Shown here: positions 1-8,319 of the stretch, piece by piece
Layout of the letters: every line of letters begins with the position of its first letter
How positions within the stretch are numbered: the first letter of the stretch is position 1
Source of the DNA: Gaiellaceae bacterium
Lineage (GTDB): Bacteria; Actinomycetota; Thermoleophilia; Gaiellales; Gaiellaceae
Reading direction: 5' to 3'
Length of the DNA: 31,343 bases
Assembly: GCA_035758735.1 (NCBI GenBank)
Contig: DASTWH010000077.1
Span: 1 to 31,343 of the forward strand
The notes under the pieces: model-generated
Database searches by the model: none
What the model saw: only the letters and a program-made list of their open reading frames with translations
Told to the model about the DNA's origin: nothing
Position numbers and translations under genes: made by a program

Positions 1-237
1 AGGCGCGGTGTCCCGGATGAAGTCCTTCCAGAACTGGCCGGGCTCCTCCTCGACCTCGGGTGGCGGGCCGAGGCGCATGAGCCGCTCCTCGAAGCCCTGC
101 GCCTCGAGCGAGCCCGCGAAGGACTCCTCGATCACGAACACGACGCGATGTCCACGCTCCACGAGAACCTGTCCGATCCCGACGCAGTTGTTCGTCGGGC
201 CGTACGCCCCCTCGGGAAAGAACACGACGGTCGCCAC
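1..237 (-). CDS. Family 1 (GT-B, macrolide/UDP-glycosyltransferase-like) glycosyltransferase, 5' part only; runs off the window
   Basis: Not in the ORF track. Manual translation from GTG 237 gives MATVVFFPEGAYGPTNNCVGIGQVLVERGHRVVFVIEESFAGSLEAQGFEERL, the GT1 N-terminal pattern (..L..RGH.V.F). An alternative in-frame GTG lies at 255. Confidence 0.8.
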   Translation of the reverse strand, partial: MATVVFFPEGAYGPTNNCVGIGQVLVERGHRVVFVIEESFAGSLEAQGFEERLMRLGPPPEVEEEPGQFWKDFIRDTAP

Positions 238-307
238 GCGACGCAACTCTCTCACGGCCGGTTGCTTCCCGTCAAAGGGAGGAGTAGTGTCGCTTCAGTT
301 TTCTTCG

Positions 308-883
308 ATGGACTCGCAGATCGCTGAAGCCGAGCGCGTCGACGTCGGGGAGCGCCTCCGGGCGATCCGCCGGCTCCGACGGGCGACCCTGAAGACGGTC
401 GCGGATCGCGCCGACCTCTCCGAGAGCTTCCTGAGCCAGGTCGAGCGGGGGCGCGCGAACGCGAGTGTCGCGTCGCTGAAGCGAATCGCGGCAGCGCTCG
501 GCGTCAACGTCGCCGATCTGTTCGAGCCCAACGGGTCGACCGGCAAGCCGCGTGTCCTCCGCCGCGAGGCGCGGCCGAACCTCGCGTTCGGGACGCTCGG
601 CCGGAAGTTCATGCTCACACCGCGACCGCTCGAGAACCTGCAGGTCATCGTCGGCGAGTTCGACGCCGGCGGGTCGACCGGCGACGAGCCGTACACCCAC
701 GGCGACTCGGAGGAGCTCCTGGTCGTGCTCGAGGGAAACGTCTCGCTTCAGCTGGGGTCGGATGTGTTCGAGCTCGCGACCGGGGACTCCATCGACTACC
801 GGTCGTCGACGCCGCACCGGCTCGTCAACAGTGGCGGCGACCTGGCGGAGGTGATGTGGATCATCAGTCCGCCCAGCTACTGA
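308..883 (+). CDS. XRE-family HTH plus cupin transcriptional regulator (PuuR-like)
   Basis: N-terminal HTH (GERLRAIR...LSESFLSQVERGRANASVASLKRIAAAL) and C-terminal cupin (HGDSEELLVVLEG...GDSIDYRSSTPH). Start taken at ATG 308; it lies directly upstream of a polyamine ABC operon. Confidence 0.9.
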   Translation: MDSQIAEAERVDVGERLRAIRRLRRATLKTVADRADLSESFLSQVERGRANASVASLKRIAAALGVNVADLFEPNGSTGKPRVLRREARPNLAFGTLGRKFMLTPRPLENLQVIVGEFDAGGSTGDEPYTHGDSEELLVVLEGNVSLQLGSDVFELATGDSIDYRSSTPHRLVNSGGDLAEVMWIISPPSY

Positions 884-1896
884 GCACGACGGCGCCGGCT
901 CAGAGCGTTCCCGACGTGGAGCTCGTCGGTGTGACGAGGCGCTTCGGCGCGGTGGCGGCCGTCGACGGCATCGACCTCGAGGTGCATCCGGGCGAGTTCC
1001 TCTCGCTCCTCGGCCCGTCGGGTTGTGGCAAGACGACGACACTTCGCCTCATCGCGGGCTTCGAGCAGCCCGACGAGGGTCAGGTCCGCATCGGGGGAGC
1101 CGACGTCTCGCGCGTGCCTCCGTACAAGCGCGACGTCAACACGGTGTTCCAGTCCTACGCGCTCTTTCCGCACCTGAGCGTGCTCGACAACGTCGCCTAC
1201 GGTCTGAAGCAGCGGCGGCTCGGCCGGACGGAACGGCGCGCTCGCGCCACGGAGATGCTGGCGCTCGTCAGGCTCGAGGGCCTGGGCGGCCGAAAGCCTC
1301 GGCAGCTCTCGGGCGGGCAGCAGCAGCGTGTCGCGCTCGCACGCGCGCTCGTGATGCATCCGCGGGTGCTCCTCCTCGACGAGCCGCTCGGCGCGCTCGA
1401 CCTCAAGGTGCGCAAGGAGCTGCAGATCGAGCTGAAGCGCATCCAGGAGGAGATCGGCATCACGTTCGTGTACGTCACGCACGACCAGGAGGAGGCGCTC
1501 GCGATGTCCGACCGCGTCGTCGTGATGAACGGCGGTCGCATCGAGCAGATCGGAGCGCCGCACGAGATCTACGACTCGCCGGCGACCGAGTGGATCGCCG
1601 GTTTCATCGGCGACACGAACTTCATCAGCGTGGACGGGGGGCAGGTTGCGGTCAGGCCGGAGCGCCTGCGAGTCCAGGCGGGCGGCAGCGGAGTGCCGGG
1701 CGTCGTCGCAACGACGATGGTGATCGGCCCGGCGGTGCAGTGCGTCGTCCGGCTCGACGACGGTCAGGAGGTGCTTGCGCGGGAACAGCGGTCAGGAGCA
1801 CGTGCGGGGATCGAGACCCTCGCAGAGGGCGAGCGCGTCTCGGTCACGTGGGCCGACGAGGAGGCCCTGGACTTCGATCAAGGAGGGAACGAATGA
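856..1896 (+). CDS. potA: Polyamine ABC transporter ATP-binding subunit (start uncertain)
   Basis: Walker A GPSGCGKTT, FQSYALFPH, signature [15 protein letters not shown], Walker B LLLDEP, C-terminal TOBE-like region. Confidence 0.92.
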   Translation: MDHQSAQLLSTTAPAQSVPDVELVGVTRRFGAVAAVDGIDLEVHPGEFLSLLGPSGCGKTTTLRLIAGFEQPDEGQVRIGGADVSRVPPYKRDVNTVFQSYALFPHLSVLDNVAYGLKQRRLGRTERRARATEMLALVRLEGLGGRKPRQLSGGQQQRVALARALVMHPRVLLLDEPLGALDLKVRKELQIELKRIQEEIGITFVYVTHDQEEALAMSDRVVVMNGGRIEQIGAPHEIYDSPATEWIAGFIGDTNFISVDGGQVAVRPERLRVQAGGSGVPGVVATTMVIGPAVQCVVRLDDGQEVLAREQRSGARAGIETLAEGERVSVTWADEEALDFDQGGNE

Positions 1897-2990
1897 GCGA
1901 CGAGCTCACTTGGGAGCAGCCCGTCAACCGACGCGGCTTCATCGCGGGCGCCACTGCGGCGGCGTTCGCGGCCGCAGGTCTCTCGCGGCTCGCGCCCGAC
2001 GCGTTCGCAGCGTCGGAAGCGGAGACGCTCAACTTCTACAACTGGGCGCAGTACGTGAACCCGAAGACGTACGCGGCCTTCACGAAGGCAACGGGAATCC
2101 AGGTCAAGAAGAGCTTCTACGACTCGAACGAGACGCTGCACGCGAAGCTCAAGGCCGGTGCCCGAGGGTACGACCTCGTGTGCCCGTCGAACTACATGAC
2201 GAAGCAGCTCATCGCTGAGAAGCTGGTGGAGCCGCTCGACTGGTCGAAGCTTCCGAACGTCAAGAAGAACGTCGACCCGAAGTTCCACAACACGCCAGAC
2301 GACCCCAAGAGCACGTACTCGGTCGTGAAGGACTGGGGGACGACGGGCTTCATGTACCGGACGGACAAGATCAAGGAGCGGCCGACGACCTGGAGGGAGT
2401 TCGTCGCGCTCACGAAGAAGTACGGCAAGACGACGATGGTCGACAGCTCGCCCGAGGTCCTCGGGTCGATCGCGACGATGCTGGGCTACTCGTACTCGAC
2501 CGAGGACAGGAAGCAGCTCGACGAGGTCAAGAAGGTGCTGTTCGAGCTGAAGCCGTACATCGTGGCGCTCCACTCGTCGAACTACGACACGCTCATCGCG
2601 AGAGGCAAGGCCTGGATGGGCCTCGGCTGGAGTGGTGACGGCATCCTCCTGGCGTCGAAGGTCCCGGCGAAGTACGTCGTCGCGAAGGAGGGCGGGGAGA
2701 TCTGGATCGACTACTACAACATCCCCGTCGGTGCGAAGAACCCCGACGCCGCGCATGCCTGGATCAACTTCGTCTACCAGCCGAAGAACAACGGCGTCGA
2801 GACCTCGTACACGTACTACGGGTCGCCGCTCAAGCGATCGCTCCTCAAGGGGACCGCTGCAGGGAAACTGCTCAGCGACCCGGTCGTCTTCCCGCCGCCG
2901 GCGGTGGTGAAGAAGCTCGAGGTCAACGTGGTCTCCCCGACCGGCAAGCGGCTCCGCGAGCGGATCTGGACGGAGTTCAAGGCCTCGTAG
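1893..2990 (+). CDS. potD: Polyamine ABC transporter substrate-binding protein with Tat-type signal
   Basis: ATG 1893 overlaps the potA stop (ATGA) with AGGAGG at 1881-1886. NRRGFI twin-arginine motif; LNFYNWAQYV, YDSNE, GYDLVCPS, EGGEIWID motifs of PotD/PotF. Confidence 0.92.
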   Translation: MSDELTWEQPVNRRGFIAGATAAAFAAAGLSRLAPDAFAASEAETLNFYNWAQYVNPKTYAAFTKATGIQVKKSFYDSNETLHAKLKAGARGYDLVCPSNYMTKQLIAEKLVEPLDWSKLPNVKKNVDPKFHNTPDDPKSTYSVVKDWGTTGFMYRTDKIKERPTTWREFVALTKKYGKTTMVDSSPEVLGSIATMLGYSYSTEDRKQLDEVKKVLFELKPYIVALHSSNYDTLIARGKAWMGLGWSGDGILLASKVPAKYVVAKEGGEIWIDYYNIPVGAKNPDAAHAWINFVYQPKNNGVETSYTYYGSPLKRSLLKGTAAGKLLSDPVVFPPPAVVKKLEVNVVSPTGKRLRERIWTEFKAS

Positions 2991-2993
2991 CCG

Positions 2994-3908
2994 TTGGCGT
3001 CGACTGAAGCCGACACGCCCGAGCACCGGCGCGGGAGCAGCCGCGCCGGTGCCGGTGGTCCGCGCTACCCGGGGTGGCTCGTCCTACCGGCCGTCGCCTG
3101 GTACGTCGTCTTCTTCCTCGTCCCGCTCGGCTTCATCGCGGCGACGAGCTTCGGTCAGGTCGAGGGTTTCTCCGACGTCGCCTACACGTGGACGCTCGAC
3201 AACTACCGCTACCTCTGGGACGACATCGCAGGCGAACTCCACCTGTATCGCGACATCTTCCTCGAGACGCTCAAGCTGTCGATCGTCGGAACGCTGTCGA
3301 CGCTCGTCGTCGGCTTCCCGCTCGCCTACTACATCGCCCGCTACGCGAAGCACAAGACACTTCTCCTCCTGCTCGTCATCGTCCCGTTCTGGACGAGCTT
3401 CCTCATCCGGGCCTATGCGTGGCTGATCGTCCTCGACCCCGAGTTCCCGCTGTTCCGGGCACTCGGACTGACGGGCTTCCTCGAGCGCCACGAGATCCTC
3501 TTCACGCCCAACGCGGTCTACATCGGGGTCGCCTACAACTACCTCCCCTTGATGGTCCTGCCGCTCTACGCGGCGCTCGAGCGCATCGACTGGTCGCTCG
3601 TCGACGCGGCGCAGGACCTCGGAGATCCGCCCTGGCGCGCCTTTCGGCGAATCACGCTCCCGCTTGCTCTTCCGGGGATCCTCGCGGGGTCGCTGCTCGT
3701 GTTCATCCCGCTGACGGGCGAGTACATCATCCCCGTCATCCTCGGGGGCAACAAGACGTTCTACGCGGGCAACCTCATCGCGCAGCAGTTCCTCGAGTCC
3801 GAGGACTGGCCCCTCGGCAGCGCGATCGCGATGGTCGTGATCGGCGCGCTGACCGTCGCCCTCGTGGTCTACGCCCGCGCGCTGGGCCGCCAGGAGCAGC
3901 ACTCGTGA
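2994..3908 (+). CDS. potB: Polyamine ABC transporter permease
   Basis: TTG start. IVPFWTSFLIRAYAW, YNYLPLMVLPLYAALERID and the EAA-like loop DAAQDLG. Confidence 0.92.
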   Translation: MASTEADTPEHRRGSSRAGAGGPRYPGWLVLPAVAWYVVFFLVPLGFIAATSFGQVEGFSDVAYTWTLDNYRYLWDDIAGELHLYRDIFLETLKLSIVGTLSTLVVGFPLAYYIARYAKHKTLLLLLVIVPFWTSFLIRAYAWLIVLDPEFPLFRALGLTGFLERHEILFTPNAVYIGVAYNYLPLMVLPLYAALERIDWSLVDAAQDLGDPPWRAFRRITLPLALPGILAGSLLVFIPLTGEYIIPVILGGNKTFYAGNLIAQQFLESEDWPLGSAIAMVVIGALTVALVVYARALGRQEQHS

Positions 3909-4726
3909 CGGGACGCCGACTCCTCGGTGGCTACACCATCCTCGCGTACGTCTTCCTGTACGCCCCGATCGCCGTCGTGGTCGTCTTCGCATTCAACGGT
4001 GGCCGGGACGTCCTCTACTGGCAGGGCTTCTCGACCAAGTGGTTCGAGATCGCGCTCGAGACTCCCGAGATCCGGACCGCGCTCAAGTTCAGCATCCTCA
4101 TCGCGCTCGGGAACGCGGTCGTCGCCTGCGTCCTCGGGACGATGCTCGCACTCGCGTTGCCCCGGATGCGCTCGTGGGTGCGCACACCGATCGACGCTCT
4201 CGCATACATGACGCTCGTCACCCCCGAGATCGTGTTCGCGATCGCAGCGCTCGTGTTCTTCGTCCAAGCCGGGAGCCGGCTGGGACTCGAGAGCCCGCTC
4301 GGGTGGCACACGATCCTGATCGCGCACGTGGTCTTCAACGCGTCCGTGGTCGCTCTGGTCGTCCGCGCCCGTTGGGTGTCGATGGGCCAGCACCTCGAGG
4401 AGGCGTCCTTCGATCTCGGGGCGGGGCCGCTCTCGACGTTCAGGCAGGTGACGCTGCCACGGCTCGCGCCCGCGATCCTCGCCGGCGGGCTGCTCGCCTT
4501 CACGTTCTCGTTCGACGACTTCATCACGTCGTTCTTCGTGACCGGCACGAACTCGGAGACGCTCCCGATCTACATCTGGGGCCAGCTGCGGTTCGGGGTC
4601 ACGCCTGCGATCAACGCGACTGCGGCGATGATGCTCGCTTTCACGCTGGTCGTCGTCGTCGTCGCGTACCTCGTGCTCCGACGTTCCGGGCAGGAGCATG
4701 AGACCGGTGGGCTACCCGGCGTGTGA
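3905..4726 (+). CDS. potC: Polyamine ABC transporter permease
   Basis: GTGA overlap with the potB stop. FLYAPIAVVVVFAFN, LEEASFDLGA, AFTFSFDDF, TLPIYIW. Confidence 0.92.
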   Translation: MTGRRLLGGYTILAYVFLYAPIAVVVVFAFNGGRDVLYWQGFSTKWFEIALETPEIRTALKFSILIALGNAVVACVLGTMLALALPRMRSWVRTPIDALAYMTLVTPEIVFAIAALVFFVQAGSRLGLESPLGWHTILIAHVVFNASVVALVVRARWVSMGQHLEEASFDLGAGPLSTFRQVTLPRLAPAILAGGLLAFTFSFDDFITSFFVTGTNSETLPIYIWGQLRFGVTPAINATAAMMLAFTLVVVVVAYLVLRRSGQEHETGGLPGV

Positions 4727-5962
4727 GAGCGCCGGCTCTTCCGGACGAACACGCCTGGCGTTCGCGATGCCGATCGTCACGAGCGCGGTGAGACCGGCGA
4801 CCGCGAAGGCGAGCGTCGTGCCGCCGACGTCGGCGAGCCAGCCGGCGAACAGTCCGCCGACGGGCGCGAGTCCGAGAAACGCGAACAGGTAGAGGCCGAT
4901 GAGGCGGCCCCGCAGGTGGTCGGGGGCCGTGAGCTGCACGAGCGAGTTGGCGTTCGCGGTGAAGAGGGTGAAGGAGACGCCCACCCCGAAGAGGACGAGC
5001 CCTGCGAGATACGGGTTCTGCACGGGCGCGAGGAGCAGCACGAGTACTCCGAACGACGCCGTGCCGACGGAGAACATCCGCCAGCTCGCGTGCCGGAACG
5101 ACGCGGTCGCGAGCGCGCCCACGAGGGCGCCGAGGCCGAAGGTCGCAGACAACAGACCGAAGCCCTCGGGCCCCACGTGCAGCGTGTCCGCCGCGAGGAG
5201 CGGCACGAGGACGTGGAAGTTGAAGCCGACGGTCGAGACGACCGTGACGACCGTGAGGATCAGCCGGAGCTGTGGCTCGTTCCACGCGAACGACACCGCT
5301 CGGCGGAGTCCGCCGACGATGGTCGCGCCGCGATCCTTCACGACCGGGTGCAGCTCCTCCGCACGGACGATGGCGAGCGCCGTCAGCACGGCGAGGAAGC
5401 TCACGGCGTTCAGGACGAAGCACAGGCCCGTGCCGACCGCCGCGATCACGAGACCCGCGATGGCCGGCCCGATCACGCGCGAGCCGTTGAAGAGGCCGGA
5501 GTTGAGCGCGACGGCGTTCGGCAGCTCGCGCGGTCCGACCATCTGGAACGTGAGCGACTGCCGCCCCGGGGCATCGAAGGCGAGTGCGACGCCGCCGAGC
5601 GCCGCGAGCACGTAGACGATCGCGAGCGTCGCCGTGCCCGTGAGCGTGACCACCGCGAGCGCGATCGAGATCGCCATCGCCGCGGCCTGCGTCGCCATCA
5701 CGAGCTTGCGCGACTCGATCCGGTCGGCGACGACTCCGGCGACGAGCCCGAAGACCGTGAACGGGACGAAGCGCCAGAAGGCGAGCGCACCGATCGCGAG
5801 GGGCGAGCCGGAGAGCTCGATCACGAGCCATGCGAGCGCGACATTCTGCATCCACGTGCCCGCGAGCGAGACGAGTTGGCCGGTGAAGAAGATCCGATAG
5901 TTGCGGTGCCGCCGAAGGCTGCGAAACGTCCTGGCGCGCAGTGCGAACGCCAGGGTCGTCAC
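4712..5962 (-). CDS. MFS transporter (MFS_3/H+-antiporter-like efflux)
   Basis: About 12 hydrophobic segments. RNYRIFFTGQLVSLAGTWMQ N-terminus, GVVADRIESRK motif A, TAPDHLRGR repeat. Confidence 0.9.
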   Translation of the reverse strand: MTTLAFALRARTFRSLRRHRNYRIFFTGQLVSLAGTWMQNVALAWLVIELSGSPLAIGALAFWRFVPFTVFGLVAGVVADRIESRKLVMATQAAAMAISIALAVVTLTGTATLAIVYVLAALGGVALAFDAPGRQSLTFQMVGPRELPNAVALNSGLFNGSRVIGPAIAGLVIAAVGTGLCFVLNAVSFLAVLTALAIVRAEELHPVVKDRGATIVGGLRRAVSFAWNEPQLRLILTVVTVVSTVGFNFHVLVPLLAADTLHVGPEGFGLLSATFGLGALVGALATASFRHASWRMFSVGTASFGVLVLLLAPVQNPYLAGLVLFGVGVSFTLFTANANSLVQLTAPDHLRGRLIGLYLFAFLGLAPVGGLFAGWLADVGGTTLAFAVAGLTALVTIGIANARRVRPEEPALSHAG

Positions 5963-6402
5963 GCTCTTGCCTCGAGGAGCCGCACGAGTGCCGGGATGGC
6001 GAGCTCCACCGCTTCGAGCTCCGGTGGCTCGAGCGCCTTCAGTCGATCGGCGAGCCAGGTCGTCCGACGCGCGCGAACCCGGCGCATGAGCCGCTCGCCC
6101 TCCTCGGTGAGCCGGAGGCCCACCCGCCGCCGGTCGTCGCTCGAGCGCACGCGCTCCAGGAGCCCGGCGCGCTCCAACCGGTCGACGTGGCCGGACATCG
6201 CCGGTGCCGAGATGCCCTCATCGGCGGCGAGCTCGGCGAGCGAGAGACCGGGGCTGCGCTTCACGAGCCAGAGCAGCGTCGCCTGGCGGGCGGTGATCCC
6301 GAGCTGCTCGGTCTCCTTGCGGAGCTCCCGCGCGAGGCGCAGGAGCACGGGTCGCAAGTCGGATGCGACAGCCTCGGGAATAAGCGTAACCTCACTAACC
6401 AT
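5959..6402 (-). CDS. MarR-family transcriptional regulator
   Basis: wHTH with SLAELAADEGISAPAMSGHVDRLERAGLLER and DDRRRVGLRLT; coupled to the MFS gene. Confidence 0.92.
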   Translation of the reverse strand: MVSEVTLIPEAVASDLRPVLLRLARELRKETEQLGITARQATLLWLVKRSPGLSLAELAADEGISAPAMSGHVDRLERAGLLERVRSSDDRRRVGLRLTEEGERLMRRVRARRTTWLADRLKALEPPELEAVELAIPALVRLLEARA

Positions 6403-6443
6403 TAACCAGGCGAACTATACACGAACCGCGTAGTGTCCTTCGG

Positions 6444-6977
6444 GTGGGTGAGCTCGAGCAGAGCCGGGTCCTCCGCGACGAGGCGGTGTTCGCAGACCCG
6501 CTCGTGATCGAGCTTCTCGGCGCTCGCCTGGTCGGCGTCCTCGCGACGTTCGACCCGGCGGGAGCCATCCATGCGATCCCGATGTGGTACGCGCCGCACG
6601 ACGGCGCTGTGTTGCTCGCGACGTCGGCGCGGAGCCGCAAGGTGAGGAATCTCGAGACGGATCCGAGGGCGACGCTCGTCGTGCACGACTCGCGTCCCGG
6701 CTACGAGGTGTGCGGCGCCTCGATCGTCGGCTCCGTCGAGGTCGTGCGGGCTCCCGCCGCGCAACCGCTCATCGATCGCGTGCAGGGGCGTTACGTCGCG
6801 ACGGAGGCGGCCGTCGACGATCCGACCGCACTGTCGTTCCTCGAGTCCGACGACGTCGCGCTCCGCTTCACGCCGACCTCGGCGTTCACGTGGGACCATC
6901 GCGCGAGCGAGGGCTCGCGGATCCTCCGGACGCACGGCTGGGCGCGACCGCTCGTGACGACCGACCCCCGTGCCTGA
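6444..6977 (+). CDS. Pyridoxamine 5'-phosphate oxidase-like (split-barrel FMN/F420-binding) protein
   Basis: GVLATFDPAGAIHAIPMWY...SRKVRNLETDPRATLVV matches the PPOX-class pattern. Confidence 0.8.
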   Translation: MGELEQSRVLRDEAVFADPLVIELLGARLVGVLATFDPAGAIHAIPMWYAPHDGAVLLATSARSRKVRNLETDPRATLVVHDSRPGYEVCGASIVGSVEVVRAPAAQPLIDRVQGRYVATEAAVDDPTALSFLESDDVALRFTPTSAFTWDHRASEGSRILRTHGWARPLVTTDPRA

Positions 6978-7002
6978 CCAGCGCTCGCAGTAGGGTCCGC
7001 GA

Positions 7003-8316
7003 ATGCGAAACGACGAGGCGAAGGCATATGTTCGGACGCTCGTGCTCGCCGCGCTGCTCGGCTTTCCCGTCGCGTTCGCGGCCGTGCTCTTCCAGACGGC
7101 GATTCATGATCTGACGCACGTCGTATGGGAGGTGATCCCGGACGAGTTCGGGTGGAGCGAGCCTGCCTGGTGGTACGTGATTCTCGTTCCCGGTCTTGCG
7201 GGCCTACTCGTCGCCGCCGCGGTTCGACTACCGGGTCACGGCGGGCACTCGCCGCTCGAGGGCCTCGGCGCGGAGCCGATTGCTCCGATCGCACTGACGA
7301 GCATCCTCACCGCCGCCCTCGCGTCGTTGAGCCTGGGGCTCGTTCTCGGCCCGGAGGCACCCCTGATCGCGCTCGGCCTGGGGCTGGGCGCGCTGGCAGT
7401 TCGCGTGATCCGCCTCGACGGGACGGGAGCACAGCTTCTCGTGTTCGCGGGCGCTTTCGCAGCGATCGCTGCGCTCTTCGGAGGACCGCTCGTCGCCGCT
7501 TTCCTCCTCTTCGAGGTGACCGCCGCGAGCGGAAACATCCCGGCGCAGCAGATCGGTCGTGCCCTTCTGCCGGGGTTCGTGGCTGCGGGCACGGGTGCGC
7601 TCGTCTTCACCGGCGTCGCGGGCTGGCAAGGACTTCACCAGACGAACCTCGCCCTGCCGTCGCTCCCCGCATACGACAGCGTGCAGGTGACCGACCTCGC
7701 GTGGTGCCTCGTCATGGCAGTCGTCATTGCCGTGGTCGTCGTCGCGATCCGCCACCTCGCGCACCGGATCGCGGCAAGACCAGAGTTCGGGCCCGTCGCG
7801 CTGCTGATCGTCGCCGGGCTTCTCGTCGGTCTGCTCGCGGTCGTCTTCCGCGCGACCACCGACCGGCCCGTCGATCTCGTTCTCTTCTCGGGTCAGACGG
7901 GGCTGCCGGCCATCGTTGCCGAGGGATCGGCCGGTGTGCTCGTCCTGCTCGTCGTGGCCAAGGGCCTCGCGTACGCCCTGTCGCTGGGTGCCGGGTTCCG
8001 CGGCGGACCGGTTTTCCCGGCGATCGCCCTGGGCGTGGCCGCCGCGATCGCCGCCGCCGACGTCTTGCCCGGGTTGAACACCACGCCCGCGGTGGCGGCC
8101 GGGATCGCCGCGGGAACCACTGCCGTGTTGCGGGTCCCGTTCACCGCCGTGCTGCTCGCAACGCTTCTCATGGGCTCCTCGGCATTCGACGTCGCACCGA
8201 TCGCGGTCCTCGCTGCGGCTATCGCGTGGCTCGTCGCGACAGCGCTCCCGAATCCCGAGGACCGACTCCAGGCACGGCTCGCCGAGACCGAGACACCCGC
8301 GCCAGAGCCCGCCTGA
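7003..8316 (+). CDS. ClC-family chloride channel/transporter
   Basis: Multi-TM protein with LGPEAP (GxExP with gating Glu), AAIAALFGGP, GFRGGPVFP and LRVPFTA motifs. Confidence 0.85.
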   Translation: MRNDEAKAYVRTLVLAALLGFPVAFAAVLFQTAIHDLTHVVWEVIPDEFGWSEPAWWYVILVPGLAGLLVAAAVRLPGHGGHSPLEGLGAEPIAPIALTSILTAALASLSLGLVLGPEAPLIALGLGLGALAVRVIRLDGTGAQLLVFAGAFAAIAALFGGPLVAAFLLFEVTAASGNIPAQQIGRALLPGFVAAGTGALVFTGVAGWQGLHQTNLALPSLPAYDSVQVTDLAWCLVMAVVIAVVVVAIRHLAHRIAARPEFGPVALLIVAGLLVGLLAVVFRATTDRPVDLVLFSGQTGLPAIVAEGSAGVLVLLVVAKGLAYALSLGAGFRGGPVFPAIALGVAAAIAAADVLPGLNTTPAVAAGIAAGTTAVLRVPFTAVLLATLLMGSSAFDVAPIAVLAAAIAWLVATALPNPEDRLQARLAETETPAPEPA

Positions 8317-8319
8317 CGG

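Noticed and set aside
1023-1892. Long N-terminal extensions in the ORF track (also 8-307, 3074-3904, 11361-12401, 12487-13194, 22108-22704, 23961-24275, 24461-25450)
   Set aside because: Arg/Ala/Pro-rich off-frame read-through of neighbouring genes. True starts are marked by SD sequences, NTGA overlaps or -10 spacing.
7003-8316. Fluoride exporter (CLC-F) assignment
   Set aside because: The GNNLI/GREGT/GEVTP signatures are absent and no fluoride riboswitch fits in the 25-nt upstream gap.
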